The translations under genes and the position numbers were made by a program. The notes beneath the pieces are model-generated. The model saw only the letters and a program-made list of their open reading frames with translations. It was not told the origin of the DNA and did not search any database. A stretch of 64,000 bases of DNA from Yuukianura sp. NJ FZ-2021 (Eukaryota), in the NCBI GenBank assembly GCA_046563655.1, contig CM102284.1, positions 4,588,001 to 4,652,000 of the forward strand, in the 5' to 3' direction. Below, in pieces: positions 1 through 12,358 of this stretch (its first letter is position 1; every line of letters starts with the position of its first letter).

Positions 1-119
1 TTAAGTTAACTAAATTGACATTAAGTTGATCACTTTTTCAATCGTTCCTGGATACTAAAACTAATATGTGCTGTATTGGCTTGGTTGACTTTTTAATTTT
101 CCTTGCTCATGCTGCTCAG

Positions 120-477
120 TCCGGATCAAGTTCAGTCGACGGCTCTAGCCTCTCTCGGTGGAACCGTTTTGAGTTACATGACTGGAGTTGGTGGGGCCAG
201 CTCCACCTCTAGTATCCCATCGACTTCTGGTGCCGGAAGCACCCATAGTAGTGGTGGGGCTTCAGCAAGGGGCAGTAGCATTGGTGGCCCTTCTTCGTCA
301 ACTTCTAACAATAGTTCCGGCGGGGCACTGTCCCACCACCATTCTCAGCACCAGCACAACTTGATGGGAATTTTAGGCTCTTTGGCCTCGGCAGCATCCC
401 ACCAGGGGTCACTGTCCCACTTAAGTCAAATCCCAATTTCATCACCCCTTCCTGAACCGACTTATGTCAACCTATAG
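120..477 (+). CDS. Putative alternative terminal exon of pangolin/TCF (Ser/Gly/His-rich, ends PEPTYVNL)
   Basis: Open, coding-like, GC-richer frame after a pyrimidine tract and CAG (118-119). Same intron phase (2) as the RKKKC exon at 1068. Confidence 0.55.
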
Positions 478-1067
478 CCACTTGCCCGCTGCCCCACCTC
501 CATTTTATTTTCCCACGCGTCTGCCCCGTCTGGTTCCAGTCCCACTTGGTCCCACTTTTGAAAAGTCCTGGGGCAAGTGGGCTTCTTCAACGGATTCTAG
601 TCAATATTTTGTCAAAGTTTCCCGATTTGTCTTCCTTTTAAAGTCATCTTCCTTATCCTTGATGTTTGAAATCCTAATTTTTGTTTGAAAAGAGTCTGCC
701 ACTGCTGTGATAAATCACATCATTCGTAAATTTTAACGTATAAAACCTAAACCATTTGCCAAATTTGGAGTCCTCTAAATTTCCTGGAAGGTACGGCGAA
801 TTAAGATTTTTTCGGTATAGGTTCTCTCGTTTCTTGTTTTTGTTGTGCTCGAGATTTTTTCGGATGATCTTTCTTGAATAATTTTTCTGGACTTCTTTCT
901 TACATTTTAGTTCTGAGTTTACTAATTCTTCTAACACAATTGTTCAAAGCATGCGCATGCACGATTCAGTTTTAGGATAACGCTATAATCTATCGGAGAC
1001 TTAGCAATTTTAAGTATAAATGTAGAATGTTTAAAAATAGTATTTACGAAGTTGTTTGTATTTTCAG

Positions 1068-2064
1068 GCGGAAAAAGAAGTGTATTCGGTACATGGAGGG
1101 TGAAGGTGACGGTGGAACGGGCGGCGGTAGTCCCGATAACATAGGTTCGGTAGGAAGCGGCGGAGATCCTCTGTCACCAGATTCCAAAACTGGACTCGAT
1201 TCTGACATGGACTGTGGAAAGTCCTCCGATCTTGCAATGTCAAGTCCGAATTTTAGCCTCACGTCACCCGGTAATAAAATCTAGCAATATTTTGTTTTGC
1301 TTTTTAGCCAAGAAGTAAACTGTAACGAGTTTTATTTGAAATTAGGAATGTCGCTGGCGTCTCCAGGGATGTCACTAAATTCTCCTGGTATGTCGCTTCC
1401 CTCTCCAGCGATGACGTCACCTTGTCCCTCCGGCCTCCTGCAGTCGCCGGCGAGCTTAGCAAGTCCTGCCGTAAGTCTTCCTAGTCTCCAGTCACCGTTG
1501 ACACCGTGTCTCGACGACAGGCATGCCATATCCTCCGTTGGATCCTCAGCAAGTTCCTCCCACAAAAACACGTCCAACAGTCACCACCACCACTCCACAT
1601 CAAATCACATCTTCACCACAAATTCTTCTTCGTCGACCACGCCTTCCTCATCCTCCTCGACGTCACCACCAATGTCATCTCTCATCCTTGGACTTCACTC
1701 TACCTTTAACCCCAACTCCAGCAGTAACAGCAGTAGTCATCAAAAACAGCACGGTAGCAGCAATCCTTTCGGGCCATTCTTTGGAGCTAATGGAACATTT
1801 CCTGGACTGGCTGGACTGAGTCTCAGTTTCAAAGGCCCACATCGAAGTCCCGTGGGAGCCAATCCACATGACATCAACAATCCTCTTAGCGTCAATCAAC
1901 TGACGAATAACAACAATAATCACCACCATCACAACCACACGACTTCCAGTATTAAACGGAGTAGTGGCAATTCCAGTTCCAGTAGTCTTACTTCCAAGAC
2001 ATCCAAGACCACCGGCAGCAGCGCAGAGAATGGCAACACCCCTACCGTAATTGGAGTCTCCTGA
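1068..2064 (+). CDS. pan: TCF/LEF transcription factor (pangolin), last two coding exons (1068-1270, 1346-2064); rest of gene lies upstream of the window
   Basis: Exon starting after ttttcag reads (R)RKKKCIRYMEG, the end of the TCF C-clamp. Ser/Pro-rich tail with GANPHDINNPLSVNQLT, a motif I recall from arthropod TCFs. Canonical GT-AG intron 1271-1345 keeps frame. Confidence 0.85.
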
Positions 2065-2076
2065 CAATGAACGATT

Positions 2077-2097
2077 TCAAGGTCAGGATCAAGGTCA
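2077..2097 (+). promoter_or_regulatory. Two tandem TCAAGGTCA extended nuclear-receptor half-sites (FTZ-F1/ERR type)
   Basis: Exact TCAAGGTCA at 2077-2085 and 2089-2097, starting 13 nt after the pangolin stop codon. Confidence 0.35.
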
Positions 2098-4029
2098 TGG
2101 CCACCCCTCCCTTACTTCTGGGGGAGAACAGAAGCTCAAAATCAAGTCTTAGCTGTCTAACACAAGGGTTAAATGCATGACATGCGACAATATAGAAGTT
2201 CAGAAATTATTGACATTTAGAAATCTAAGTTTCATGACAGAAGTTTAAGAAAGCTATGCTAACTAAATTAGCAGAACTATTTAGACGAAAGCCGTTGATC
2301 TTTTCTCCAACCAAATCTGAATTTTCTTTGATTTTTATCTAGTTACCGAATGTTATTAGTGCGTGTCTCAAAACAGAAATTAACTTACTTTTAGAAGAAC
2401 TAATGGTTTGTGTTTTAGAAAATGTCGACGATCTCAAAATCTTGTAAACAGTGGTAGGCTTTCTACGAGAAGATTTTTACCAGAAATGTGCCAATTTTTT
2501 CTAAATTGCTGCTATCGTTTTTTAAACAACAAGTACGTTGCAAATTGCAAAGTGCCATCTTCACAAATATGAATTATCATCTTACAAAATCTATCATTAC
2601 AAAGAAGTGAGACAATCCAGTTAATTTTAATTCAATTTATTCTTTAACTTTGCTAAAACAAGAGTAATATCTACAAATATAATGCTAAATTTTTTTTTAA
2701 ATGAATCGGTTAGGCTGGGGTGTGTGCAATTTTGTATATCCTGGAAGACGAAATTTTTGTTCCTTACTTTATCCACGTTTAATCAGAGCAGTCAATTAAT
2801 GGCATAGAAATGACAATCTTAAAGATTCAATAGTTTTTTTTAGCTCATACTTTCCGAGCAATTCTGCAACTGTTTTAGAAGGTTCTTGTTATTTTTTTTA
2901 ATAACAAGTACCTTTAGTAAATCCATTCTTTCCTTATTCTATTTTTTACAAAATCATTCCTGTAATTTTAAACGTAGAGTTAAAGTTAGCTAAATTAGTT
3001 GGGCATAGTTAGTAAATAGATTACTGTTTAGAGCTATTACAAAGTACCTCTGTCACATGTTTTAGGAAAGAAAAGTTAACTGTGAAATGCAGCGTAGTTA
3101 ATTTTAATTTATGAGAGTTTTAGTTGTTAAACATTTCTCAGTAAAGTCGTTAATGGAAGTGGAGGTCGAAGAGGTCATCGTCAGCTAAGTGTAGGCTAGG
3201 TAAAAGGACTCGTTAAATTTTTAGTGAGTTGTTCGTGAATGTTCGTGTTAGGCATTGAAAAGAGGTACGAGACCCTGACAAATTGTTTACAAATTGTGAA
3301 TACAATTTTAAATTATTTAAATAATAACTTTTTAGAGTTAAACAAACTCGCACGAATAAAAACTTAAATGAAGTGGAAGCTTTTGTGTTGATTTTTACAC
3401 ATTTGCCGAGGTTTTTAAGCTGCGTTTGTTGCAAAGTTTTTCCACTAGGAAAATTACGCTGGATTTCGTTACGCAACGGTAGGGAAGCGAAGTGGTTTGC
3501 ATAAAATATGGTTATACGTTTTAAAATTAATTTGATTATGATAGAATTTTAAAATTCAATAAATAAACTTAACCATTTTATTGTTACAGGTTAGACGCCG
3601 CACAAAAATTTGATTTATTGCTACGTGGTATTTAAGTAGAAATTAGCTATACAAATGCTGGAGAACTTTTAAACGGCGTGAAGAAAGAACAAGAGAAAAA
3701 AAAATGATAATTTTCAAGAAAAATTTAACTTGCAGGAGTTTTTATTCCTGCAACTTATACGACATAAAAATTAAATTCTTTCTGACAACGTGTTTATGAG
3801 GAAATCAACTATTCAAAGCGAATAAAATTTTTTAACGGCAATAGCAATAGCAAGAGAAAAAATAATAATTTTTAATATTTAATTGTTCAGTAATAAAATG
3901 ACCTTTGAAATAAAAATAATAACAAGTGCCTCACGTTATTAACTTAAAAATTTTGTTGTTAATTGATTTAAACTTGAAGAGCAATAAATTTCATGAATTT
4001 GTTGAAAACCAATTTTGCACCCATGATTT

Positions 4030-5310
4030 TGGCAAAATTTTTGCGCTGAAGTATGCGAAATCCTGTTCTGGAACTTCAACCTGTTGATGAAGTTGAAGAA
4101 ATTGCGAGAAAGTTGAAATTTTCGGAAAATTGTGATTTGAGGAATTGCGAAGTGTCAGGAGTGAAATCGGACGATTTTAGATAGGGGATTATACAAAGCT
4201 AAAAGGGCTTCCCCCTTTGTGGACTTTTGTATGGGAAGGCCGCCAGCGGCAAAAAAAAATTGAAGAAGGAGAGGAGCCTTTGTGGATCGCCTAATCCCCG
4301 CATAGCTCCGGACAGTTTTTCAGACAGCCTCCAACCTTACAATGCAAAATCTCTTTCCAAAAATTGATCAAATTCAAAAACTTAAAAAATGCATATCTCA
4401 AGAATGGAATGTGTTATCAAACTAATCTCTTCACACCTAAACTCAGAATGATCTTAACAATATTTTAGCACAAAAAACCGAAATAAAGAATTAGGTTGAT
4501 TTTTTTTTATTCTCTTCGTAAAAATTTTGAGGAGGCGTTATTTGCAAAATTTTCGCAGTAAGTTATGCGAAAAGATGTTTTGCAAGTTGAGTCGAGCGAC
4601 GTAGTAGCAGAAACGTTGCAAGATTGATTTCTTTTTAAATTTTCTAAAACGGGACAAAATTATTAACTGCGCTTGTTTCGCAAGTTTGTAAAATCTTTTT
4701 CGGATAAGGATCGTCTTAGAAAGCAGAAAAGATATACGGTGTAAACGTTTTTTATTTCAAAATCTGAAAACATTTTAAATGTAAGATTGTTTGCAAATTT
4801 TTATGCGAAATTAAGTCTAAAGATATTTGCAAAGGAGATAGATGCGGGAGATGTACTATCGATGAATTTGAGTAGTAGAAATGTACTAGCCGTGGAAATG
4901 AGCGTGAGCTCCAAGCTCAAGTTTTTAAAGAGTCTTTTACATGGGAGGCCTTCGAGAAAGCAGAAAAGTTGACAGGGGATCGTACGAAGCGAAGAGGCGA
5001 GATAGGTTTTTTGCTCTTGTGTGCTTTTTGTATGGGAAGGCCACCGGAGGGAAAAAAGTTGAGGAAGGAGAGGAACCTTTCTTAGTCGCCTAATCCCCGC
5101 ATAGCTCCTGTCAGTTTTCAAGCAGAGCCACAAACAACCCCAACTTCACAATGGAAAATCCATTTCCAAAATTTGAAAAACTTGCAAAATTTATATCTCA
5201 GGAACGGAATGCAATAAATTGCTAATTCCTTCGCGAATAAATTCAGAATAACCCAAAGAATGTTCTGAACTGCAAAATCAATACAGGGTCGAAATTGTGA
5301 CATAGGTTTC
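4030..5310. repeat. Two diverged direct copies of a dispersed repeat (probable non-autonomous transposon relics)
   Basis: Identical blocks TTTTGTATGGGAAGGCC (4225, 5026) and TCGCCTAATCCCCGCATAGCTCC (4287, 5086), with weaker similarity extending about 200 bp on each side. Confidence 0.7.
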
Positions 5311-5577
5311 GACATTTTCGATTAATGTGGATTCAGTTTTTATTAAAAAGATCGTGTAGGTGCTTAAGCGCGAAAGTGGTGAAATTAAAATTGCAAAAGT
5401 TGTGTTTTTATTTTTCTTTCGAAAATCTAAATCTAAAAGAAAACATTACAATCAAATATTTAAATTCGTTTTTGCCTTGTTTAGTTTAGATTGATCGAAT
5501 ACGAAGTCAAGGTTAACTTATTGAAAATCAATTGGTTTAAACTTTCTAGATAGAACGAGTATAAGGCTACAACAGCG

Positions 5578-6729
5578 ATGGCGGAGAGCAGTTACGACAA
5601 CACCGGTAGCAACGAAGCACCTCCTTCCAAAGCAGCAGGACTAACGGTAATCGGTTTGTAGAACATACCAGTAATTGGAACTTAACGATCAACTTAGAGT
5701 AATAGTAGGTAATTGTGTGTTTATTCTTAAAACCTTTTACAGCCGAGATACCGATTTACACCGGAGGAAATCAGATGTCTAAAAGAATGTAACCGTGAAA
5801 GTTTCTACTACAGAAGTTTACCAATCGCTACAGCGTTTTCAACTGGAACTTATTATGCTGTTAGATATGGTATGCTTCCATTTGATTGCAATTTTGATCA
5901 TTTCACACAATTCGTTTTAAAACTAGTTTGTTAAATTCTTCAGGTTATCTTACTGCCAATACTAGGTTTGGTGCGGCCCCAAAAATGCTGTTTGCTGCGC
6001 TGACTGGATACTTTATTGGGAAGTTTAGCTACCAGCAGAAATGCATTGAAAAAATTATGCAACTACCAAATAGTCCGTTGGCGGATATGCTTAGGAAACA
6101 GAAAGCACAGAGAGGTGGTGCTGGTGGATTTGCTGGATTTACTGAAACGTAAGACTGAATATGCAACTCTGGAGAAACTCGGGAAGCAGACTTATAATCT
6201 GACTTATTTGCCTGTTTAGTCTATCTTTAGAACCGGGGTTTACCTCAGCTTCGGGCATTACTAGCGGTCCATCCATGTCCAGTGATGATTCGTATTCTGT
6301 GTCAAGTCAATTCAGCGATGTCAGTGATACGCGACCCCTTGCTGATTCTTACGACACTTCAGAATTCAGTGGATCTTACCGAGAAAATGAACTGCAAATG
6401 ACAGAGGACACGTTGCCACCAAAACCTCCGCAGTTTACTACTACCTATGACGAATTAAGGCGACAGAATCGAGAAGACTTCGACAGAAAGCATCATGCAT
6501 CTTCCTTGCAGGGCATATCTGATCACCCGTAAGTGAGATCCTTGTTTTTTCTTGATCAATATTCAATGTAATAAGAATACTCTTTCTTAATTACAGCCCG
6601 CGTCGAGAACGAGGCAGTTCATCTACCAGCTCACCTCCAAATAGTCAATGGTCACAATTTCCAACTGGGAATCCTGAAAACACCAAGCCGAACGTGTATG
6701 GAGATATGTGGGATGAAAAGTCACAATAG
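5578..6729 (+). CDS. OCIAD1: OCIA domain-containing protein 1 (asrij-like), 5 coding exons
   Basis: Spliced product contains FTPEEIRCLKECNRESFYYRSLP ... RFGAAPKMLFAALTGYFIGKFSYQQKCIEKIMQLPNSPLADMLRK, TTYDELRRQNRE and C-terminal NVYGDMWDE, all characteristic of OCIAD1. Confidence 0.9.
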
Positions 6730-6957
6730 GTTAAAAGAACTAAAAGCAAGTACTAGATTCAGATGGTTGGAGTTATGGACTTAATCTGTAGAGGCCTTAC
6801 ATAAGTAGTAAACGGTCATTGGAGACATGGATCACTTACAAAATGGATTTTAGTAAGCAGTAATTGAAATATTCTAATAGCAAGGCAATTATTTTTTTAA
6901 GTATGTTTCACCTTTGTGTAGTTTCTTCAGTTTTTCATCTTTTAGTGTTCATTCCTT

Positions 6958-8868
6958 TCACTGTCCGTCCGCAGTTGTACCTGGCATAGTATTTCTGTAA
7001 AAAGTTGTATTTCCTTCATCCTGTGCGACCTGCACCTCGTCCAGGTTTGGTTCCAGGGTTCCAAATAGTTCCGTCAATCCATGAGAGCTTGACTGTAAAT
7101 AGAACAATACATAATTAAAGGAACTGGGAAGAAGCAACGATATTTAGTATAATGTTTCCGCTCACCCGTTTGATGGCTTCACTAAGGCCCAGTATAGTTT
7201 CCTTGTTGCCAACCAGTTTGAAGTCCCTGGAAACTGGAACTTTGTTTGGATCCTGCACAATCAGATGCAGAGCAACAGCAGTCCAAATCATCTCCCACTC
7301 AGTGCTTCCCGATACTTCTTGAACAATGGATGGTTTGACCCATGGGTATATAAACTGATCAAGCATTAGTTCCTGATTTGCTCCAAAAATTAGTAAGTAG
7401 TCGTATCCTTCTTCATTCTCGTGAATGTCCACATTTCCTTCGCCAAGCAACGCATAGACTAAAATTCAATTCACAAATTAAATGCAATGCAAGAACTGAA
7501 GTGAATCTTTGATTTTCTCAACACTTAAGTTACCTGAAGATTTGATGTGAATTCCCGTAACAACTTTTAGGTAGAGTCGTACGTTGTTTCCTCGAAAAAG
7601 AACTTTGGGACGCTTCGGAGTCAAACGAACCCGAGCATCATCCATCTCGAACATGTCTCTGGACAACCCACTCGTGCTGGCATAACTTCCATCCGCAAAC
7701 ATTCGGCTGGGACCAATCCGGCTTTGGGCGCCAACGCTGGGTTCCAGCCGCGCAGCTCCACCGCTGAAATATCTTCGAAAGTTTTCACTTTGACGCGACC
7801 GAGGTCCACTGTCGAATTGACCTTGAAGTCTAACTGCTGCATGGTTCCAAACTTGTTGGCTTGCTTTCTTGAGAGCGCTTTGGAATTTAGCAGCCATTTC
7901 TGCATTGAAAAAATTTAGCATATGCTTGTCTCCCTCGTAGTTTGGTAAATCAGGCCTTCCATAAATTGGATTGAAGATGAACGAAGTGCAGCCCATCACC
8001 AGCGGACAATTATTTCGCGTAATCAATCGATTGAATTTGATGAGGCATCCTTCCTGGCTTCTTGTATTTTTCGTGAATGCCTTCACAAAGTATTGCTCTG
8101 TTCAAATGAAACGAAAAAGTTAGAAAATGCCGCAATTTGCCAACACAAAAATGAGTTTTTCCGAACCTGTAGTTGTGTTCAACACCATGACAACATGACA
8201 GACACAAGCGTCCATAATTTCTCCATTTTGAAGCCTTGCTACTGTGATCTCACATCCGAAGTAATCCGTGACAACACCTTCGCTCCGAACTTTCCAACGA
8301 ATCTCTTTAGGAATGTCGTCCAATCCGTGAGGTCTTGAAGGCGTAGGGTATGCCCGCTCCTGAGTACGAAAGCGTTGATAGTTTGGAAACTGACGCTGGT
8401 AATCAGAAGCGTTTAATCCGTATTGAGCATCAGGTTGACGCCGCCATGTTGGCCGACTCCGACTGCCAGCTTCAGTTGCATTGCTAAAGATGGATCTGAA
8501 TTCGTCCAGACGTCTACGTGGTGCTGGAAGCGTAGGGAAGCTCAGAATGGTGTCGCTGAATGATCTGTGACCAACGAGCTGAGGTGAGATTGCTGGTCGT
8601 TGCTGACGGGAGAATTCTTTGGCTTGTCTTCCAGCCTTCAACTCCGGGAAGCAAGTTGCACCACCTCCAGAAATCTCGGGCATTTGACATCCGAAGTCTC
8701 CCGATCCGTAGGTTTTCCCATCCCTAGTGTCGCTGGAGGACGTCGACGGCTTCAAATTGTCACCGCCTGTAATATCACAAACATATCGTAAGTATTTGAC
8801 TAAACTTATGCGTAGTAAAGCCAAAATGGGACTGTACCTTCATTTTTCGGAAACGACATTGTGTCCAT
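6958..8868 (-). CDS. Uncharacterised protein with two putative degenerate RanBP1/EVH1-like PH-fold domains, 5 coding exons
   Basis: ATG at 8868. Short GT-AG introns join ORFs 8120-8824, 7478-8086 and 7115-7450 in frame, stop TGA at 6958. Domain call rests on by-eye motif similarity only. Confidence 0.7.
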
Positions 8869-9222
8869 GATCAGAAATCCAAGAAACGATCCTTTTCGGA
8901 GAAAGACGAGGAGACCTGTTAGACAAACAATTCTGATATTGTTGACTTTTCATCAACTGCTTATTTTGTAAAGGCATCATCTTACCTCCGCAAATGTTTG
9001 TTGTCAAGTGTAGCCCTTAACTATTGAGGTAACCATAGAAACAAAATTGACTTTTTTTACATGCGGAAAATTAAAACTTTTATCTGAAAGTTACATATAA
9101 TAAAAATGGCTGCCCACATTCCTACTATCGCGGGCATTAATAAACTTAAAACTAACACGTAATCATAAAATAATAATATTTAAAAGGCTGGAAGAATTTG
9201 AGCAATTTGTTGCTTGATATTT

Positions 9223-11304
9223 TTAAAGTGCTGACACTGTCGAGTTTTCTTCAGTCAAAATGGGGACCACTCCCATTGCTTCGAAATCCGCAATTGTATT
9301 TCCGTTGAGCACAGGCTTTACTCGCTCCTTGGGTTCAAAAACCACTTTACGAATGAGCGTTGAGGACGTAGAAGTTACTTGCTTCTTCTTATCCGAATGG
9401 ACGTGAGTTGTATTGGACTCGTAATTTAGCGCCACCTGTAATGTAAACAAACTCAAACAAGGATCAATTCAGTTTGCTATCTAGATGTTTTAAAACTTAC
9501 ATCTCTGGCCACCTCCGTAAATAGACTTTGAAGATCCATATTATAAGCGTCTCTATCGAAAACTTTACATATAGACTGAATGAACCAGCTTCCTAGCTGC
9601 GGATTTCGCCAACTAAAGTGTCCTGTAAAAACAAAACGAGAAGAATCGTACAAATTGTTGCACATCTCGCAAAAAATTCTTCAGTTATGCAAAATTACCT
9701 AATGGGCATGAGAATGCAACTAAAAAGTCTGCACTGTTTGGAATCACGTAAGAAAAAGCCCCGGAATCAGTGACGTCTACTGTCTGTTCCATGACTGTTT
9801 GCCGTGGGGTCGCAAGTGTTGTGCCGCTATCAAAGCTCTTGCCTCTGCAAGCCTGGAAAAACACAAAATGAAATTATATACGAAAGTGATTTAGCTGGAA
9901 TTTAAAAATAAACTTACTTGAATTATGAATATCTTCGGCTTTCCGGCTAACGTGGGGCATTTGTTAGCTTCAAACGTTTCCCAAATCAAGTTTACTAAAA
10001 CGAAAAGGCAATGTCGTTCTTAGGATTTAACAAGAGATAATTTTTTCTGTATAATTAGCCATCGAACGATTCTTACCAGGAATTTGAGTTCCGTCACGTA
10101 CATACACGGTGTTCCGTTCACCTAAAACATTTAGAATAAAATATAATTCGGTTTCAGTCACAAAATATCAATATGATGATGTTCTCACAACTGATGTGAG
10201 AACAGCAGTAAATCACAGGAGCAGCAGGAGCTTATTCTCAACTTACCGTGTGTCATAATCGCAACGACCAGACAGTCCGCGTCTGAATGATCTTCGTCGC
10301 GTACTAAAAATAAACACAATCCTTGACTTCAAATAAAAACCAAGTCAGATTTTAGGTTAAAGGAATCTTTGGTTTTTAGAAAAAGACTCACACGTATATA
10401 AGATCCTCCATAAGTCAAGAGCGCTACAGGACTCGTATGGATGCACCTCAAAGTCAAGCTTCTCCAGCGTACTGGTCAAATCGTTTTTGTCCTTTGCTGA
10501 ACCGAGACGTGGAGTGAGTCCTAAATGAGGTATTGATGTGTTGTCCTGCAAAATTTACATTAGCAATTACACAGAGTTGCGTAATTTTAAAGGAATAGTT
10601 TTGATAGTCGAATTTTGAGTTGAGCAAACTTACCCAGTGATCAAAGTTGAAGATTACTGCTTTTCCTCTTCTCGGATGATTCATTTTGTAAAACGGATCA
10701 TCCTTCCTCACTGGCATGTACGCCGTTTCACGAGGACGTAAGTCGTCGTCGTCTTCTTGAATTCCCATTGATGCTGCCGTTGCGTTACTATCGGACGAAA
10801 TATTCCTAGCGGTCATCCAGGCATAACTAAATGCATGACACAAGAACCCATAACTAGACAGAAACAAATTACTCAATAGCCCCATTTGGCTTAGCTAGAC
10901 AAAATTTCAAACTTCAAATTGTCAAAATCTTTTTGAACTTACCAGGGAGGTGGAGAGCTTCCTCTATCAGAATCTGTGTCCGTGATTCTAAGTGTTCCGC
11001 TTGTTTTGCTAAAAAACTGCCCATCTTCTGCAGGGGAAGGGGTTGCTGTAATCGGAGAGGGATGATTTTCGGTAGGGTGAATACCCCCATCACCCGAACC
11101 CGGGATTCCACTATTTCCAATTCCTGCAATCCCGTTGACTCCTACTCCAATACTACGATTTGTGCAATTAGCTTTACAGCAACAGCAACAAGCATGCGGC
11201 TGAAGTTGACCTTGACCTTTCCCAACTAACCCCTGAAACTCAACCGCTCCTGGACTATTACTCGCCACGGTTTTTCTCTTTCCTTTCTTCTTGAAGCAAT
11301 TCAT
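9223..11304 (-). CDS. Caspase (effector-like catalytic domain, long low-complexity prodomain), about 9 exons
   Basis: YKMNHPRRGKAVIFN, RLGSAKD, DHSDADCLVVAIMTHG (catalytic His), CPTLAGKPKIFIIQ|ACRG (catalytic Cys, split by an intron), ADFLVAFS, SWRNPQLGSWFIQSIC. Confidence 0.95.
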
Positions 11305-12358
11305 CGTTCTTTTCAAAATTGAAAGGAAAACGTTGTGATTCTTCTAAAATATTTTCGTTTTGAAAAAAAAACACCACTACTTCGGGTATCCGACACCTTC
11401 AAAAGACTTTTTGAAACTGAATTGAAAAAGTGTATTTGTCACTATGAAATGAACTTCGTCTGTACACCCTCCAAGCTATTTCTTCCAACAAAACAGCCCA
11501 CTCACAAACACAAGACGGGAACACAGCCACAGATTCGTTTTGCTAACCTAAGAACCACAAAAAAAATTACCTAATCCTCCAAGTACCTAAATGTCTTCAC
11601 TACTAACCCGACGACCTTGAAAATCTTAACCTCGAATAACCCGTTGCCAATTTCCAGAGACTAAATCGCACTGTCACAACAAACAACTCAATTCGAACGT
11701 TAAGAGTCTAAACTACGTCAAAAAATGCCTCACTAGATTAATTCGTAGAATACACAAGAACTCTTCTAGAAAATGCTAATTACATAAATGAAAAACCACA
11801 AAAAGCAGCTACTACAAAAAAAGTACTACCGAATTGAACCTGTGAGAAGAAAAGATCTAACAGGATATAAAACCACATTACGGGGGATTCGGAGCATGGA
11901 AATCCAATAGTACTTTACGTAATAGTAGAAGCTAGCCAAATTTTAGTACTTTTGCTCATGCTTTCCTCTTCTGCAATAGGTGATATGAAAATTGGCAATG
12001 CCAATAATACTAAAGGTATAGCACCGACTAATGTTTTATCGAGCTGAAAAGTGAGCTGTGGTTGTTGCGTGTTCCTAAAAAATTGGATGTCACATGAATA
12101 ATTCCCACGCTCCCCGCCCTTTAGCCGGTGACGCATAACTCATTCTTATTGAAACGATTGCAATCCTAACGTTTTAGAAGTACCCGATGATTCTATTTCT
12201 AATAACAACCAACCTTAGCTTCCAACGTACCCACTTCCCAGACCAAGGTACTTACTAGAAAGTGAGCAAATTGGGAATTCAAAGAAAAACGGCACCTATC
12301 GTCTAACTGATCAAAGTAAAACTTACGGCTGCTCCTGGAATTTTAGTTACTCGATAAA

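Noticed and set aside
1675-2067. Minus-strand 130-aa ORF with a hydrophobic Val/Ile stretch
   Set aside because: Antisense of the Asn/His codon runs in the pangolin exon.
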